Below, in pieces: positions 1 through 12,469 of a stretch of 64,000 bases of DNA; the first letter of the stretch is position 1, and every line of letters starts with the position of its first letter. Under the pieces are notes generated by a model that was given only the letters and a program-made list of their open reading frames with translations, was not told where the DNA came from and ran no database searches. Origin of the DNA: Arsenophonus sp. (GTDB taxonomy: Bacteria; Pseudomonadota; Gammaproteobacteria; Enterobacterales; Enterobacteriaceae); contig CP198939.1 of the NCBI GenBank assembly GCA_052401645.1, positions 1,227,651-1,291,650 on the forward strand, in the 5' to 3' direction. Made by a program: the position numbers and the translations under genes.

Positions 1-1228
1 CAGCTTGTTGATAATTTTCCATAACAGCTATCAATGTACGACCAACAGCTAGACCTGAACCATTTACAGTATGAACAAATTGTAGCTTTTTATTATTTTT
101 ATAACGTAAACGCGCTTTCATACGTCTCGCTTGAAAATCTTTAGTGTTTGAGCAAGAAGAGATTTCAATATAAGTATTGCGGCTTGGTAGCCATACTTCA
201 AGATCGTATGTTTTACAAGCAGAAAAACCCATATCTCCAGTACATAAAATGATTTTACGATATGGCAATTTTAATAATTGCAATACCTTTTCTGCATGGC
301 TGGTTAATTCTTCTAGTGCTGCCATAGATTTCTTAGGATCGACTATTTGTACTAATTCAACCTTATCAAATTGATGCATACGAATTAGACCACGGGCATC
401 AAGACCATAAGAACCAGCTTCAGAACGGAAACAAGGAGTATGTGATGTTAGTCTTAATGGTAATATATCTTCTGATAAGATCTCATTACTTACTAAATTA
501 GTCATCGGTACTTCTGCTGTTGGAATTAAAGCATATTGTTGATTTGATATTTTGTTTTTTAATGGTTTAATATGAAAAAGATCATCACTAAATTTTGGTA
601 GTTGTCCAGTACCATAAAGAGTTTTATGATTTACTAAATACGGAACATATGTTTCTACATAACCATGTTGTTCTGTATGTAAATCCAACATAAATTGAGC
701 TAATATTCGATGTAAACGTGCAATATGTCCTTTCATAATCACAAATCTAGAACCAGTAATCTTTACTGCGTTAGGAAAATCTAAACCGCTAATTAATTCG
801 CCTAATGTTACGTGATCTTTGATAGAAAAATTATACTTTCGCGGATTACCCCAACGACTTATTTCAATATTATCATTTTTATCCTTACCATTTTGCACAC
901 TTTCATCAGGTAAATTAGGTAAATTTAATGAAATATTCTGAATATTATCTTGTATATTCATTAGTTTATTTTTAATCTTATGAAGTTCTTCATTACACTG
1001 ATTAACTTCATTACATAATGATTCAATATTTTCACCATGCGCTTTCATTATACCAATTGTCTTCGAGATTGAGTTTCGTTTTGCTTGTAAAATTTCCATT
1101 TTAATTTGTAAATATTTGCACTCTTTTTCTAGTTTACGAAATTTCTTTACATCTAAAATAAACCCTCTACGACTTAGTTTTTCAGCAATTGAGTCTAATT
1201 CATTGCGTAGTAAATTTGGATCAAGCAT
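1..1228 (-). CDS. serS: seryl-tRNA synthetase; the 3' end runs off the window, with ~409 of ~430 codons present
   Basis: Absent from the ORF track because it has no stop inside the window. I translated the reverse complement by hand from the ATG at 1228-1226, and it stays open to position 2: [23 protein letters not shown]...[21 protein letters not shown]...[33 protein letters not shown]...[21 protein letters not shown]. This is collinear with E. coli SerS as I remember it. Confidence 0.93.
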   Translation of the reverse strand, partial: MLDPNLLRNELDSIAEKLSRRGFILDVKKFRKLEKECKYLQIKMEILQAKRNSISKTIGIMKAHGENIESLCNEVNQCNEELHKIKNKLMNIQDNIQNISLNLPNLPDESVQNGKDKNDNIEISRWGNPRKYNFSIKDHVTLGELISGLDFPNAVKITGSRFVIMKGHIARLHRILAQFMLDLHTEQHGYVETYVPYLVNHKTLYGTGQLPKFSDDLFHIKPLKNKISNQQYALIPTAEVPMTNLVSNEILSEDILPLRLTSHTPCFRSEAGSYGLDARGLIRMHQFDKVELVQIVDPKKSMAALEELTSHAEKVLQLLKLPYRKIILCTGDMGFSACKTYDLEVWLPSRNTYIEISSCSNTKDFQARRMKARLRYKNNKKLQFVHTVNGSGLAVGRTLIAVMENYQQA

Positions 1229-2758
1229 ACTTAACCTATAATAATTTTAAATTAAAAATAAAAATATGTCAGTATTATATTTTCTAATCATTAACCACTT
1301 TATAAAAAAATTAATTATATTGTTCATTTGAATTTTTAATGACACTATTTTATTAAACTATTTTGAGTTTAATATATCATCAAGAATGATTTTTGCCAAT
1401 TTTTCTTTTTAAATTACGTTTAATTAATAATTAATAAACTTTTTTATCTTTAAATATAGATATAATTTACTTGATATTTTTATGTTTATTTAAACTTAAA
1501 ATTTTTTAAGGTTATTGGTTTATTTATTAAATATTAATATATATAAAATATGAAATAATTTCATCTAGAAATTTTTTAATATTAATATAAATATACTCAA
1601 AAGTTATTTAAAATAAAATTATGATGATTTAAATATTATGAGTTATAATGTATATAAATAAATATTATACAATATAATTTTATATTAAAACTATTTCATC
1701 TCTTGCTTAATTAAATCAAATTGAATCTAAAATAATTTTATTATTTACTTAAATAGAAAATGACTAAGTTTAATATTATTTTTTATATTATTTATATATA
1801 AATTAAATATGTGGTTGTTTATTTATAAAAAAAAGTTTTAATAAATTTTATAGATTTTTTATAATATCATATATATCTATATATAACATAAAATACTTTT
1901 TAACTTATTTTAAATATATCAGAAAATTTTATATATTATATATATTTTATAATACTTTTATAAATACAAATTTAGCATCTCTATTCAATTTTAGATATTT
2001 TATGTTTTTTTTATTTTATTAAGTATTATATAAATAACTATAAATAAATTATTTTTCCATAATTTACTTTAAAATAATTTAAGACTCTTGTTATAATGAA
2101 TTAAAGTAAATAAATTATAATATATCTTATACTAAATAAATATTTTTAAATAAGAATTATTATAAAATTTTTAATATATGATTTTTATAGAAAAAATTAA
2201 TTTTAAGAGATGTTGCTATACATATTTAAATTTTAAATTAAACTAATTAAATGCAAGTATTTAATATTATTTATATTATTAACTTTTTTAAGTTATTAAA
2301 ACAAACTTATAATAAAAAGAATAATTAATAAAAAGTATTAATAAAAATTAAAGATTTTATTGATAATAATTCATTTATAAGATAGCATACTTTATATAAA
2401 ATCTATAAATAATTATTAAATATATAAAATTTTATATAAATATCTCATGAGTATATAAAAATCTTAAATTAATAAATAATTTTAACGTAATAAGAGTAAA
2501 AATATTACTTCGTTTAGTTTTTATTATATATAGTGATTTAGAAAATAATCAATATATATTAAATTAATTACTTATTATTAATTTATTTCATATAAATATA
2601 CTTATTGGTTTAAAGAATAAATTTAGAATAAAAATATAATATTTATTATAATATGGCATTAAAGAAATTAAATAATGATTAAAATATTATATTAGTAATT
2701 TATTTATTGATAGATGATACTATAAATTGATATAATATTATATTTTGAAATATATTGA

Positions 2759-2805
2759 AAATATAAAAATAGTATATAAATTTCTTATTTACTATTTTTA
2801 TATTT
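2759..2805. repeat. perfect 16-bp stem with a 15-nt loop
   Basis: 2759-2774 (aaatataaaaatagta) is the exact reverse complement of 2790-2805 (tactatttttatattt). Confidence 0.9.
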
Positions 2806-5800
2806 ATTTATAATAGGTTTATTAATTTAAACAATAAACAGCAAATATATTATTTATAAAAAATGTATTGGTTAAATTAATATTTAAAATATAGTACGAA
2901 ATTAATTTGTATAATTATATACATCGAAATATAACATGCGTTGATATATAACTTTTTTTTATTAGAAATAAACAAATAAAAAACTAGCTATTCGCTAGTA
3001 TTAGCATTAATTAGTATTAGAATTCAATTCAAATAAAAATAAAAGTAATATTCAGATTCTTGCAAAAATAAAATAAATCTTAAATAGTAGTTAGATCACC
3101 ATAATGGTTCTGAACCATAGTGGTATCTAAAATAAAACATACTGACTGATAACGATAATTATTACCATAGTTTTTCAAAAAACTAAAATATTTATGAGAT
3201 AATTAAACTATAGTGAACAATCTATTTAAAATAACTATCTAAAATAGATATATATAAGATTAAGATATAGAATAAATAGAAGTACAAAATATATAGATAT
3301 ATTTTACTGTAAATGTTAATAAATATCATTAGGATAATTTATTTATTTATATTTTAGCGTTTTTATATGAAAATTTATCAAAAAATAATAATATAATGTT
3401 TACGTAGTATTTATTTAATAGAAAATTACTAATTAAACACTAAAAATACAAAGTATTTAATTAAAATTATTAAAAAAAATTTGACTAATTATTATTATAG
3501 ATTATAAACTAAAATATCTAATAATCTGATGTAAAAATTCGTTTTCTTAAAAAATGCTTTTTACATATCATTCATAATTACAAATAAAAATGATTATTAG
3601 ACTCATAATATTGTTATAAAATAGTTAAGATATATTTTTTACTTTCTATTTATTAAATAATAAATTTACATATTTAAATTTAAAAAACTATTTTAATAAA
3701 CTAATTACTTTCTGATAAAAGTGTTAAAATATGAATATTTTATAAGTGTATTAAATATATTTAAAATTAAATAATTGGCGGATTAGGATTATTTTATATT
3801 TTTAAAGAAAAAACTCTAATTATTATTAAATAAGAGAAAATAGAAAACTTTAAATTAATTTATTAAGTTTTTAATAAAAATATTAATAATTGACTTATAT
3901 TAACTTTTAAAACTAGAAAAAATAAAAAAAGATATCTTAGAATACACAGTCTATATTGTAATATTAATTGAAATTATTAAAATATAAATAATTTATATAC
4001 TATTATTTTAACAAGTACTATTTTTTATCAGATGAATTAATAACTCTATTCAAAATAGAGAACATTTTCTATTAACCAAAATAATATGGATAAATGAAAA
4101 CAAAATGTTTATCAAATAGATATAACACTTAACTAATATAAATCTTAAGTAATAAATATTATATAAAATTTACTATAAATATATCGATCTAGAATCAATG
4201 ATATTAAGTATTAATTAATACTTTTTGAGCTATAAAAGAAATTATTATCTCGATTGTTTTAATTTATTAATTATTTTATTGATATATCATTAATATATAT
4301 TTACTATATAATAAATAATTTATAAAAATCAATTATTAATAAAAGAAATATAGATTATATTCTAAATTTATATTTTTTATTATTATAACGCTATTAATAT
4401 TTTAAATATCTAAATAATGATAATTTTAATACCTATTAGTTAAAAACTATCAATCATATTATAATACAGAAGTTAAATAAGATATATTTAAATGAAAATA
4501 ATTTTATTATTATATAAACTAATGATTATTAATATTATATTTAATAATCTTTAATGTTTTATTAAAAAATTAACAATTCTTATACTATATAATTACTATA
4601 TAATTATACAGTATTTAATGATATTAATAAAACTTGTTAAAATAATATTAGTATACTTTAAAACACATTTATATGAATTTTGATAACATACTAATAAATT
4701 AAGATTTTTAATATTTTAAAACATAAAAGTTATTTGATAGATGAATTAATATATAAAATATCTTTATTATTATTTAAATTGTATTAATTAATAAAAGATT
4801 TATTGTTTTAAATTTAATGTTTAATATCTTTTTTTATTAAAATGATTATTTTAAAATATCTAATACATAATCTCTATTATCAAAGATAAGATATCTTATC
4901 ATATTTTATTTCATTTTTGAATATTGATTAATAATATTTATTTCAAATATAGTTTTTGATTTTTATCACTGATTTTTGATATAACTATTATTAATAGTAA
5001 TTCTTTATCTAGTTAAAAAAAATAATTAATTTTCTGTATCAAAAGAAAGAATTTAAGTTTTGTTAATTGAATAAATATTATTATATTTTACTAATAAAAT
5101 ATCATTTTTATTTTACAAATAACAGTAACTATATTTTGCATGATAAATTATCTGTTATATTATTTATTTTTTGGTGCTTAACTTGATATTAAAATGTTTG
5201 TTATTTATTAACTTTATCAAATATAAAAAATTATATTTATCTAAATTTAATTTATATATATTAATAATTAAACAGTTTTATGATTGATAATATTTACTAA
5301 TATATCTTTTAATTAATATCTTTTATATCTTTAATATTTTTAATTAAAGTACTATATAGATCTTCTTAGTATTTAGATTTTATAAGAAAATAGAATATAA
5401 TCAATGATCTTATTGCTTATAGATTTAATGATTAGTAAAGTTTTAATTTATTGATTTCATAAAACAATAAATAATATTTTTTTATTTATAGCTAAAGTCT
5501 TACTAATAGTTTATTTTATATGTTTTTACATTGTGTATTATATAAACAACAAAGTTAAAATTTAACTAAATTGTAAAAATTAAAATATAAAATATGGTTA
5601 TATTATGTTTTATTTTGCGATTAACAAATTTTATTATAGATGTATTTTAATTTTAAAAGAAGTTTTTCATTACAGATCATCATCTTCAATAATCTTATTC
5701 TCTCGAATAAATAATTTATTATGAATTGTTTAAGTAAAAATAATCGAAACGATAATAAAAATTATTTATAAATCATCTTAGTATAAGATACTTTATATAT

Positions 5801-6648
5801 TAAAAATTAATACTATATTTTATAAAATATTAAACCTCTATAAAATATAGATAAAAAAATATAATATAGATGACTAAATAAAATATTTTTTATTAATATA
5901 TATTAATTAGATAAAATTTTAAAATAAATTAACTAATAACCTAAATGACGTTATTAAAAAAAATTGATTAAAAATAAATAAAATAATATGATTAATATAT
6001 TATATTGAATAATATTTATTTATTTTTAATAAATAAATAAAGTTATTAATCTATATTAATAGAATATATAGAAAAGATAATTAAATTTTTATAATTAATT
6101 ATGTTTATGTTATCAACACCAATATAATAGCGTTCTATGTTAAATGAATTTTATAATATGAATTATGAATATATAGTTAAGAAGATATATAAAAAATATT
6201 TTAAATTCTAGTAAAATACTGAATCACTAGATTTAGAGTTTAAATATAAAATCTACTTAGAATAATTTTTCTAGAAAATAACTTAAAAAAATAAGAATTT
6301 ATTTAAAATATTGGATAATTTATTTAAAAATAAAATAATCATTATTTAGATATATAACTATTTTCATATTACATTATAAGATTTAATTATAGTTACTTTA
6401 TAAAGATAATTTTATATATAGTATATTTTAGTTTAAAACATTTTGCTAAATTTAATTTATATATAAGCTATAATTATTCAATTTATATCTTATTTAAATT
6501 TTAAAAAATCAAAGTTTTTATGAAAAATCAAATGATAAATCAATATAAATAGAATTTTTTATAAAAAATAAAATATAATTAACTAATAAATAAAATAAAA
6601 TTAAAAGTTTATTTACCTTTTTCTGCTTTCGAATTTATCCATTAAAGA

Positions 6649-6705
6649 TATATAATTCTATTTATATAAAAAAATATTATTTTTTATAATAAATAGAATT
6701 ATATA
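6649..6705. repeat. 57-nt near-perfect palindrome (17-bp outer stem, 3-nt internal mismatch, 8-bp inner stem)
   Basis: Symmetric about 6677. Pairs 6649-6665/6689-6705 and 6669-6676/6678-6685 all match; only 6666-6668/6686-6688 mismatch. Confidence 0.9.
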
Positions 6706-7518
6706 ATATCTAAAATTATATATATCATATATTTTCTTATATTTTTATTTAAATTGAATATTCAATAATAGCAAAAAGAAAGAGTTATTTTCTTTTTTGC
6801 AATTTAATTAAATTTATTGATAGCGTTATTAATTATTATTATTTTTAATAAAAAGTATTTTTTAAATTATACTATATTTATTTTTTTATTATTCAAATAA
6901 CTTATATTCTATCTTCAAAAAAAATTTTATAATATGTTTGTGTGATCATTAATTATTTTAAGATTAACTAAAATATTAGTAATTTATCTAAATATAAAGA
7001 TATATAGAAGTTTAATTTAAATATAAAATTAATGCTTGTTGATTTTTTTACTATTATTAAAATAATAATTGATATGAATTTATTTAAAAAATAATAAGAA
7101 TTTACAGTTATTTAAAAGATAAAAAAGATACTTTTATTATCAGAACATAAAAAATACTATAAAATATTAATAATTTAACTATTTTATTTTTAGCAAAGTA
7201 TAGAATTATATAATTACTCTCTTTATTTTTAAATATATTAAATTTTATATTTTATTAAGAATAGTATATGTATTAAAATATTAATTTTCTATATCTATTT
7301 ATTTAGGTTTTTAATTTAAACAATAAATCTATTACGTATCCAATAATGATATATTATTATTCTGCTTATTATAAGATAGAATATCTATATATATAATGAT
7401 AATAATAGTTTATAGTTTATTAAGATAAATTAAAATATGGAAATAATTTATCTGTAATTTATATTAATAGAAACAAATACTTTATCTATTATTCAATGGA
7501 TAAAGTAAATTATAAAAA

Positions 7519-7549
7519 TTATATTTTATTTATAATAAATAAAATATAA
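7519..7549. repeat. perfect 31-nt palindrome (15-bp arms)
   Basis: ttatattttatttat-a-ataaataaaatataa, checked base by base. Confidence 0.9.
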
Positions 7550-8656
7550 ACAAATAAACGTTTAACATAAATAATAAATGATATTAGATATATTTTATTC
7601 CATTTTAATTTTATTATTTGCTATAGAGTAATAGTAATTAAGTTTATTTATAAATATAAATTCATATTGATTATATTATAATAGATTCAAGTGATCGGAT
7701 ATTTATTTTGAAAATAGTTTGAATTAAATTTAATTTATATATATGAACTAATATAAAATATTAAAATACTATATTAATATAGTATTAATCATTAAATATA
7801 TTAAAATACTTAATTATTTATAATTTTTATTATAAATTTATTTTAAAACATTTGAATAAATATTATTTAATTTAGATTTTAAGTTATTTTTCTAATTTAT
7901 TTAGAAAACTGAGTTTTTGGAAATTATCCATTATAATTATTAATCAGTTCATTATTTAATTGTTATATATTTTTATAAATATATTTTTATATTTACTAAA
8001 TAATAAAAATAAAGTTAATTTTTATGTTTAAAAAATAGTTTTAACTCTATTTTAATTATGATCATATATATAAAAGTATATTACATTATTTCAGAGATCA
8101 TTTTAAAAATGATTTAAATAATATTTAAATTGTTAATATTAATAAATATAAGTTAATTACTTAAGATTAATAAAAATAATTAAATTATTTATTTACAATT
8201 TATTTTTAAAAACTCTATGAATAACAACTTTAAAAAATATCTTTATATTAAAATATATAGAGATTAATATATGTATTTTCTTTAATTATTTTAAAAAATA
8301 AATATTTTAATATTTTTTTTAAATTTTATATAAATTTATTATATTATTGATATAATTATTAATTAATTACATATAATATACAACTATTAATTATAAAATT
8401 TAATATTAAGTATATTTAATTATACATCTATATTATCAATTTTCATTTCGAAATATAAAATGATATCATCATAAGATAAATATATAATTTATTTAGTTTT
8501 TTATTTTTATTTAAGCAATAAATTTTACGTATATTATTTATAATAATCTAATTAATTCTAATATATTTAATATAATAAATTACTTTAAATATTTATTAAT
8601 TTATTAAAATAAGTTAATTTAATATTATTACAATAATATTAAGTTTATCTTTTTTA

Positions 8657-9814
8657 TCAATGAGAAATGTTACGGAGTCTACCTATTGCATCATTAATTA
8701 ACTTAACTGCATAATCGATTTCTTCTTTTGTAGTAAATCTACCAAATGAAAAACGAATTGAACTATATGCTAATTCATCACTCACTCCTAATGCTCTTAA
8801 TACATACGAAGGTTCCAGGCTCGTAGATGTACATGCAGAACCTGATGAAACAGCTAAATCCTTTAATGCTATCATCAATGATTCGCTTTCTACATAATTA
8901 AAACTAACATTAAGAATATGAGGGGCTCCATTTTTTAGATCTCCATTAAGATAAATCTCTTTGATATTTTTAATACCGTTCCATAAACGTTGACGTAAAA
9001 AATGCAATTTATCAGATTCTACTTGCATTTTTATTTTAGCAATTCTATAAGCTTCACCCATTCCTACAATTTGGTGTACAGGTAATGTCCCTGAACGCAT
9101 TCCTCGTTCATGACCGCCACCATGTTGTTGAGCAACAAGTCTAATAGGTGGTTTATAGCGTATATAAAGTGCACCTATCCCCATTGGTCCATATAGTTTA
9201 TGTGCTGAAAAAGACATTAAATCAACTTTTAGCTTACTCAAATCAATTGGCAATTTACCTACTGATTGTGTAGCATCAACATGAAAAATAATACCTAAAT
9301 TACGACAAAGTTCACCAATAGACTCAATATTTTGAATAATACCAATTTCATTATTAACATGCATAATAGAAACCAAAATTGTATCAACACGTATAACCGA
9401 TTCAAGTTCATTAAAATCAATAAGACCACTATTTTGTGGTGAAAGATAAGTAACTTTAAAACCTTCACGCTCGAGTTGATGGCAAGTATCTAAAATTGCT
9501 TTATGTTCAGTTTTACTAGTAATGATATGTTTACCTTTTTTACTATAAAAATTAGCAATACCTTTTAGAGCCAAATTATCTGATTCAGTTGCTCCTGAAG
9601 TAAAAATAATCTCACGAGGATCGGCATTAATTAGATCAGCAATTTGGTTTCGTGCAATATCAACAGCTTCTTCAGCTTTCCAACCAAAACAATGAGAACG
9701 TGATGATGGATTACCAAAATTTCCATCTATAGTCATATATTGCATCATTTTTTCAACAACATAAAAATCGACCGGTGTTGTTGCTGAATAGTCTAAATAA
9801 ATCGGTAGTTTCAT
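8657..9814 (-). CDS. iscS: cysteine desulfurase IscS (385 aa; C-terminus ~19 aa shorter than E. coli IscS)
   Basis: From Met36 the track ORF 8657..9919 reads [16 protein letters not shown]...[10 protein letters not shown]...[10 protein letters not shown]...[10 protein letters not shown] (PLP lysine)...SSGSACTS (catalytic Cys). This is almost residue-for-residue the E. coli IscS pattern. I moved the start to the ATG at 9814, because the 35 upstream codons are AT-rich read-through. The protein ends ...GRLRNISH*. Confidence 0.93.
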   Translation of the reverse strand: MKLPIYLDYSATTPVDFYVVEKMMQYMTIDGNFGNPSSRSHCFGWKAEEAVDIARNQIADLINADPREIIFTSGATESDNLALKGIANFYSKKGKHIITSKTEHKAILDTCHQLEREGFKVTYLSPQNSGLIDFNELESVIRVDTILVSIMHVNNEIGIIQNIESIGELCRNLGIIFHVDATQSVGKLPIDLSKLKVDLMSFSAHKLYGPMGIGALYIRYKPPIRLVAQQHGGGHERGMRSGTLPVHQIVGMGEAYRIAKIKMQVESDKLHFLRQRLWNGIKNIKEIYLNGDLKNGAPHILNVSFNYVESESLMIALKDLAVSSGSACTSTSLEPSYVLRALGVSDELAYSSIRFSFGRFTTKEEIDYAVKLINDAIGRLRNISH

Positions 9815-11232
9815 TAACTGATTAACTCCATAAGATAAAAATATATTATTTTTTAATTTTCTATTTTCTATATTTTCATAATTATTAATTTTATATATAA
9901 TTTCGATAATATCGATCATACTAATAAGTAAGTTTTATATTATTCATAATATTGAATTAATGGTTAAATTAGTCTTTTATATTTCTCGATTGTTAATTTA
10001 TTTTTAAAACTAATTTAACTAAAAAAATTAACAACATAATTAATTAAATCGTCTTATAACACATAGTGTTAACAAAAAAATATTTTCAATTATAATTCTA
10101 TTATTTATTTAAATACTATCAAGTTATTTAAATAATTCGATCAATCACAGAAATAACTTAAATTTATTAATATATTTTTGTTTAAAAACTAAAATAAGTA
10201 TTTATTATTAAATACTATGAATCATATTATGCATATTTTATTTTTATAAAATTTATGAAAGATTACTCTTATTTAATAAATATAAATCAATTTATATTCT
10301 AATATATTAGTTAATAACACTAATTTAATGTTTAAATTTAAAATAAGAATATATATATGAATATATATACTAAATTATAAATTTAAATATGAATTCTATA
10401 ATATATATAAATAATCTAAATATGAAAAAAAATTTTATATTTTAAATCATTTTAGTAAAATATTTAACATAGTGATTCACTTAACTATCATTTTATAAAA
10501 TATTTATAATTAATAATATATCATATAAAACATGGAATTGATTAATTTTGAAGTACTATTAAATATAATTAACATTACAATTTATTTATGATTTATATTT
10601 ATGATATATTAAGATATATTAAGAGGTTTTTAAAAGAAGTAAATATAGAGGATACTTATTTATTTTGATTTTATCTATGTTATATTATATTTTATTATGA
10701 ATAAAAAATATTTTTTTTCATTATCTTTTGTTTCAACATAAATTTAATATTTTATTAAATTGAGTAAATTATTCTTAAAATTAATTGAACTATATTAATA
10801 ATTTTTATTCATTTTTCTAAAATATTTATTTTAAATATGATAAAATATAAATATATCTATTTATCTAAATCATAAGAGCAAAAGATCAAATATTAATTTG
10901 ATTTTTTAAAGTACTCCATTTTATAATCTTAATTACTAATATTATTATATAAAATATAATTATTTCTTAATCTGTTATAATAAATATATTAATTAACTAT
11001 AAATTAGTTAATTAAATCATTACTACCATACTATTCAGTTCGATAATATTTACAATAAATAAGATTTTAATAAAAATAAAATGAATATTTTCTAGTATAA
11101 TTATCTTTATTTTTTATGTTAATGATTAGACTATTGTTTTATTATATTTGCTACCATAATTTAATAAATCTCTGTTATATAATAAAATTAACTTAATTCT
11201 TGTTCTTTAACATTTTTCTATCGGAAATAACT

Positions 11233-12003
11233 ATGCATCCAATGCTAACTATTGCTATACGAGCAGTTCGACAAGCAGGTAATTTTATTACTAAAAGATA
11301 TGAAAAACCAGATTTTGTTGAAATGATGATAAATGGCCAAGATAATTTTTTTATAAATTTTGATAAAAAAGTAAAACAAATTATTATTGAAGTTATTAAA
11401 AAATCATATCCAACTCATACCATTATTACTGAAGAATATGATAAAATAGTCGATAGAAAAAAAGCCATCCAATGGATTGTTAATCCATTGGATGGCTTAA
11501 TAAATTTCACTAAACGGTTACCTCATTTTTCTATCTCTATCGCGGTATATAGCAATAACAGTACGGAAATAGCTGTAATTTATAATCCTATGCTAAATGA
11601 GTTATTTACTGCCGTTCGTGGTCAAGGAGCTCAATTAAACGGATATCGACTTAGACTAAAAAATATAAATGAATTGAATAGTATAATTATTACCAGTAGC
11701 TTTCCATTTAAAACTAAACAACATTCACTATATTATATTAAGATTATTACTAAGTTAATTAGAAAATCTATTAATTTTCACTGTACTGGTTCAATAGCGC
11801 TGGATTTAGCATATGTGGCAGCTGGTCGTATAGATGTTTTTTTTGAAGTTGATTTCAAACCATTTAAGTTTATAGCTGGAGAATTATTAATTCAGGAAGC
11901 TGGAGGCATTATAACTGATTTTGTCGGCGGACATAATTATATATCCTCTGGAAATATTCTAGCTGGTAGCCCACATATAATAAAAAAAATATATCAAAAA
12001 TAA
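11233..12003 (+). CDS. suhB: inositol monophosphatase family protein SuhB
   Basis: MHPMLTIAIRAVRQAGNFI... matches the E. coli SuhB N-terminus MHPMLNIAVRAARKAG. Motifs present: ITEEYD, WIVNPLDGLINF, RGQGAQLNGYRLR, LDLAYVAAGRIDVFFE. The track ORF begins at an upstream TTG (11200); the ATG at 11233 is the conserved start. Confidence 0.93.
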   Translation: MHPMLTIAIRAVRQAGNFITKRYEKPDFVEMMINGQDNFFINFDKKVKQIIIEVIKKSYPTHTIITEEYDKIVDRKKAIQWIVNPLDGLINFTKRLPHFSISIAVYSNNSTEIAVIYNPMLNELFTAVRGQGAQLNGYRLRLKNINELNSIIITSSFPFKTKQHSLYYIKIITKLIRKSINFHCTGSIALDLAYVAAGRIDVFFEVDFKPFKFIAGELLIQEAGGIITDFVGGHNYISSGNILAGSPHIIKKIYQK

Positions 12004-12373
12004 AAAATAAATTTAAAATAATTAGTTTAATACTAAAAAACGTAAATATGATAACAATATTACAACACATATTTAATTTGCAAAGCTAATTGAGTGTGAT
12101 ATTTCTTATTTTGAAATTTATCATATTATCTTAATTAATAATTTAAAACCTCATATTAATTTTTAATTTACTAAAATGAATTTTATTAATATTCACTTAA
12201 CTTTAATAAAAATATTTTTATAATGTTGTTTGAAGTAAAAATTTTAATAGAAAAATCATTAAAATATTTTATTTTCTTAATCTATTTTTTAACTTAATAT
12301 GTAAATTAACATTATTTAATGTAAGTATTAATGAACTTTTATCAAAAAAAATCCATTATTATTAATTTAATAA

Positions 12374-12407
12374 GATTAAAATTATAATATATATTATAAT
12401 TTTAATC
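12374..12407. repeat. perfect 34-nt palindrome (17-bp arms)
   Basis: gattaaaattataatat|atattataattttaatc, checked base by base. Confidence 0.95.
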
Positions 12408-12440
12408 ATTAGATAATAATTTTTATTAAATAAAAATGAA

Positions 12441-12469
12441 ATTATGTAACATTAATAATGTTACATAAT
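12441..12469. repeat. perfect 29-nt palindrome (14-bp arms), 33 nt from the previous one
   Basis: attatgtaacatta-a-taatgttacataat, checked base by base. Confidence 0.95.

Noticed and set aside
177-374. 65-aa ORF on the + strand
   Set aside because: It lies entirely antisense inside serS, whose reverse-strand frame I translated without interruption. It is a shadow ORF with no Shine-Dalgarno or homology signal.
5596-5616. dif-like sequence (ggttatattatgtttta resembles the right half of the E. coli dif ...ATTATGTTAAAT)
   Set aside because: The G+C-rich left arm (GGTGCGCATAA) is absent. An A/T-only half-match is expected by chance here, and the location is not a plausible terminus context.
1229-8656. 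Hidden genes in the big spacers (alternative genetic code, small proteins, tRNAs, IS elements)
   Set aside because: None of the ~38 kb of spacer has an ORF in the supplied track. All three stop codons are frequent, so no single reassignment would open frames. All recognised genes read correctly in the standard code. I saw no G+C-rich cloverleaf-like islands (ssrA is the only RNA-like G+C island) and no terminal-inverted-repeat plus transposase structure.
9815-9919. N-terminal extensions in the ORF track: iscS +35 codons, suhB +11 from a TTG, grpE +4 from a GTG, ratA +7, last pilus gene +10 from a TTG
   Set aside because: In each case the conserved orthologous start (or a start with a Shine-Dalgarno and a clean signal peptide) lies downstream. 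The extensions are AT-rich read-through to the nearest upstream stop.
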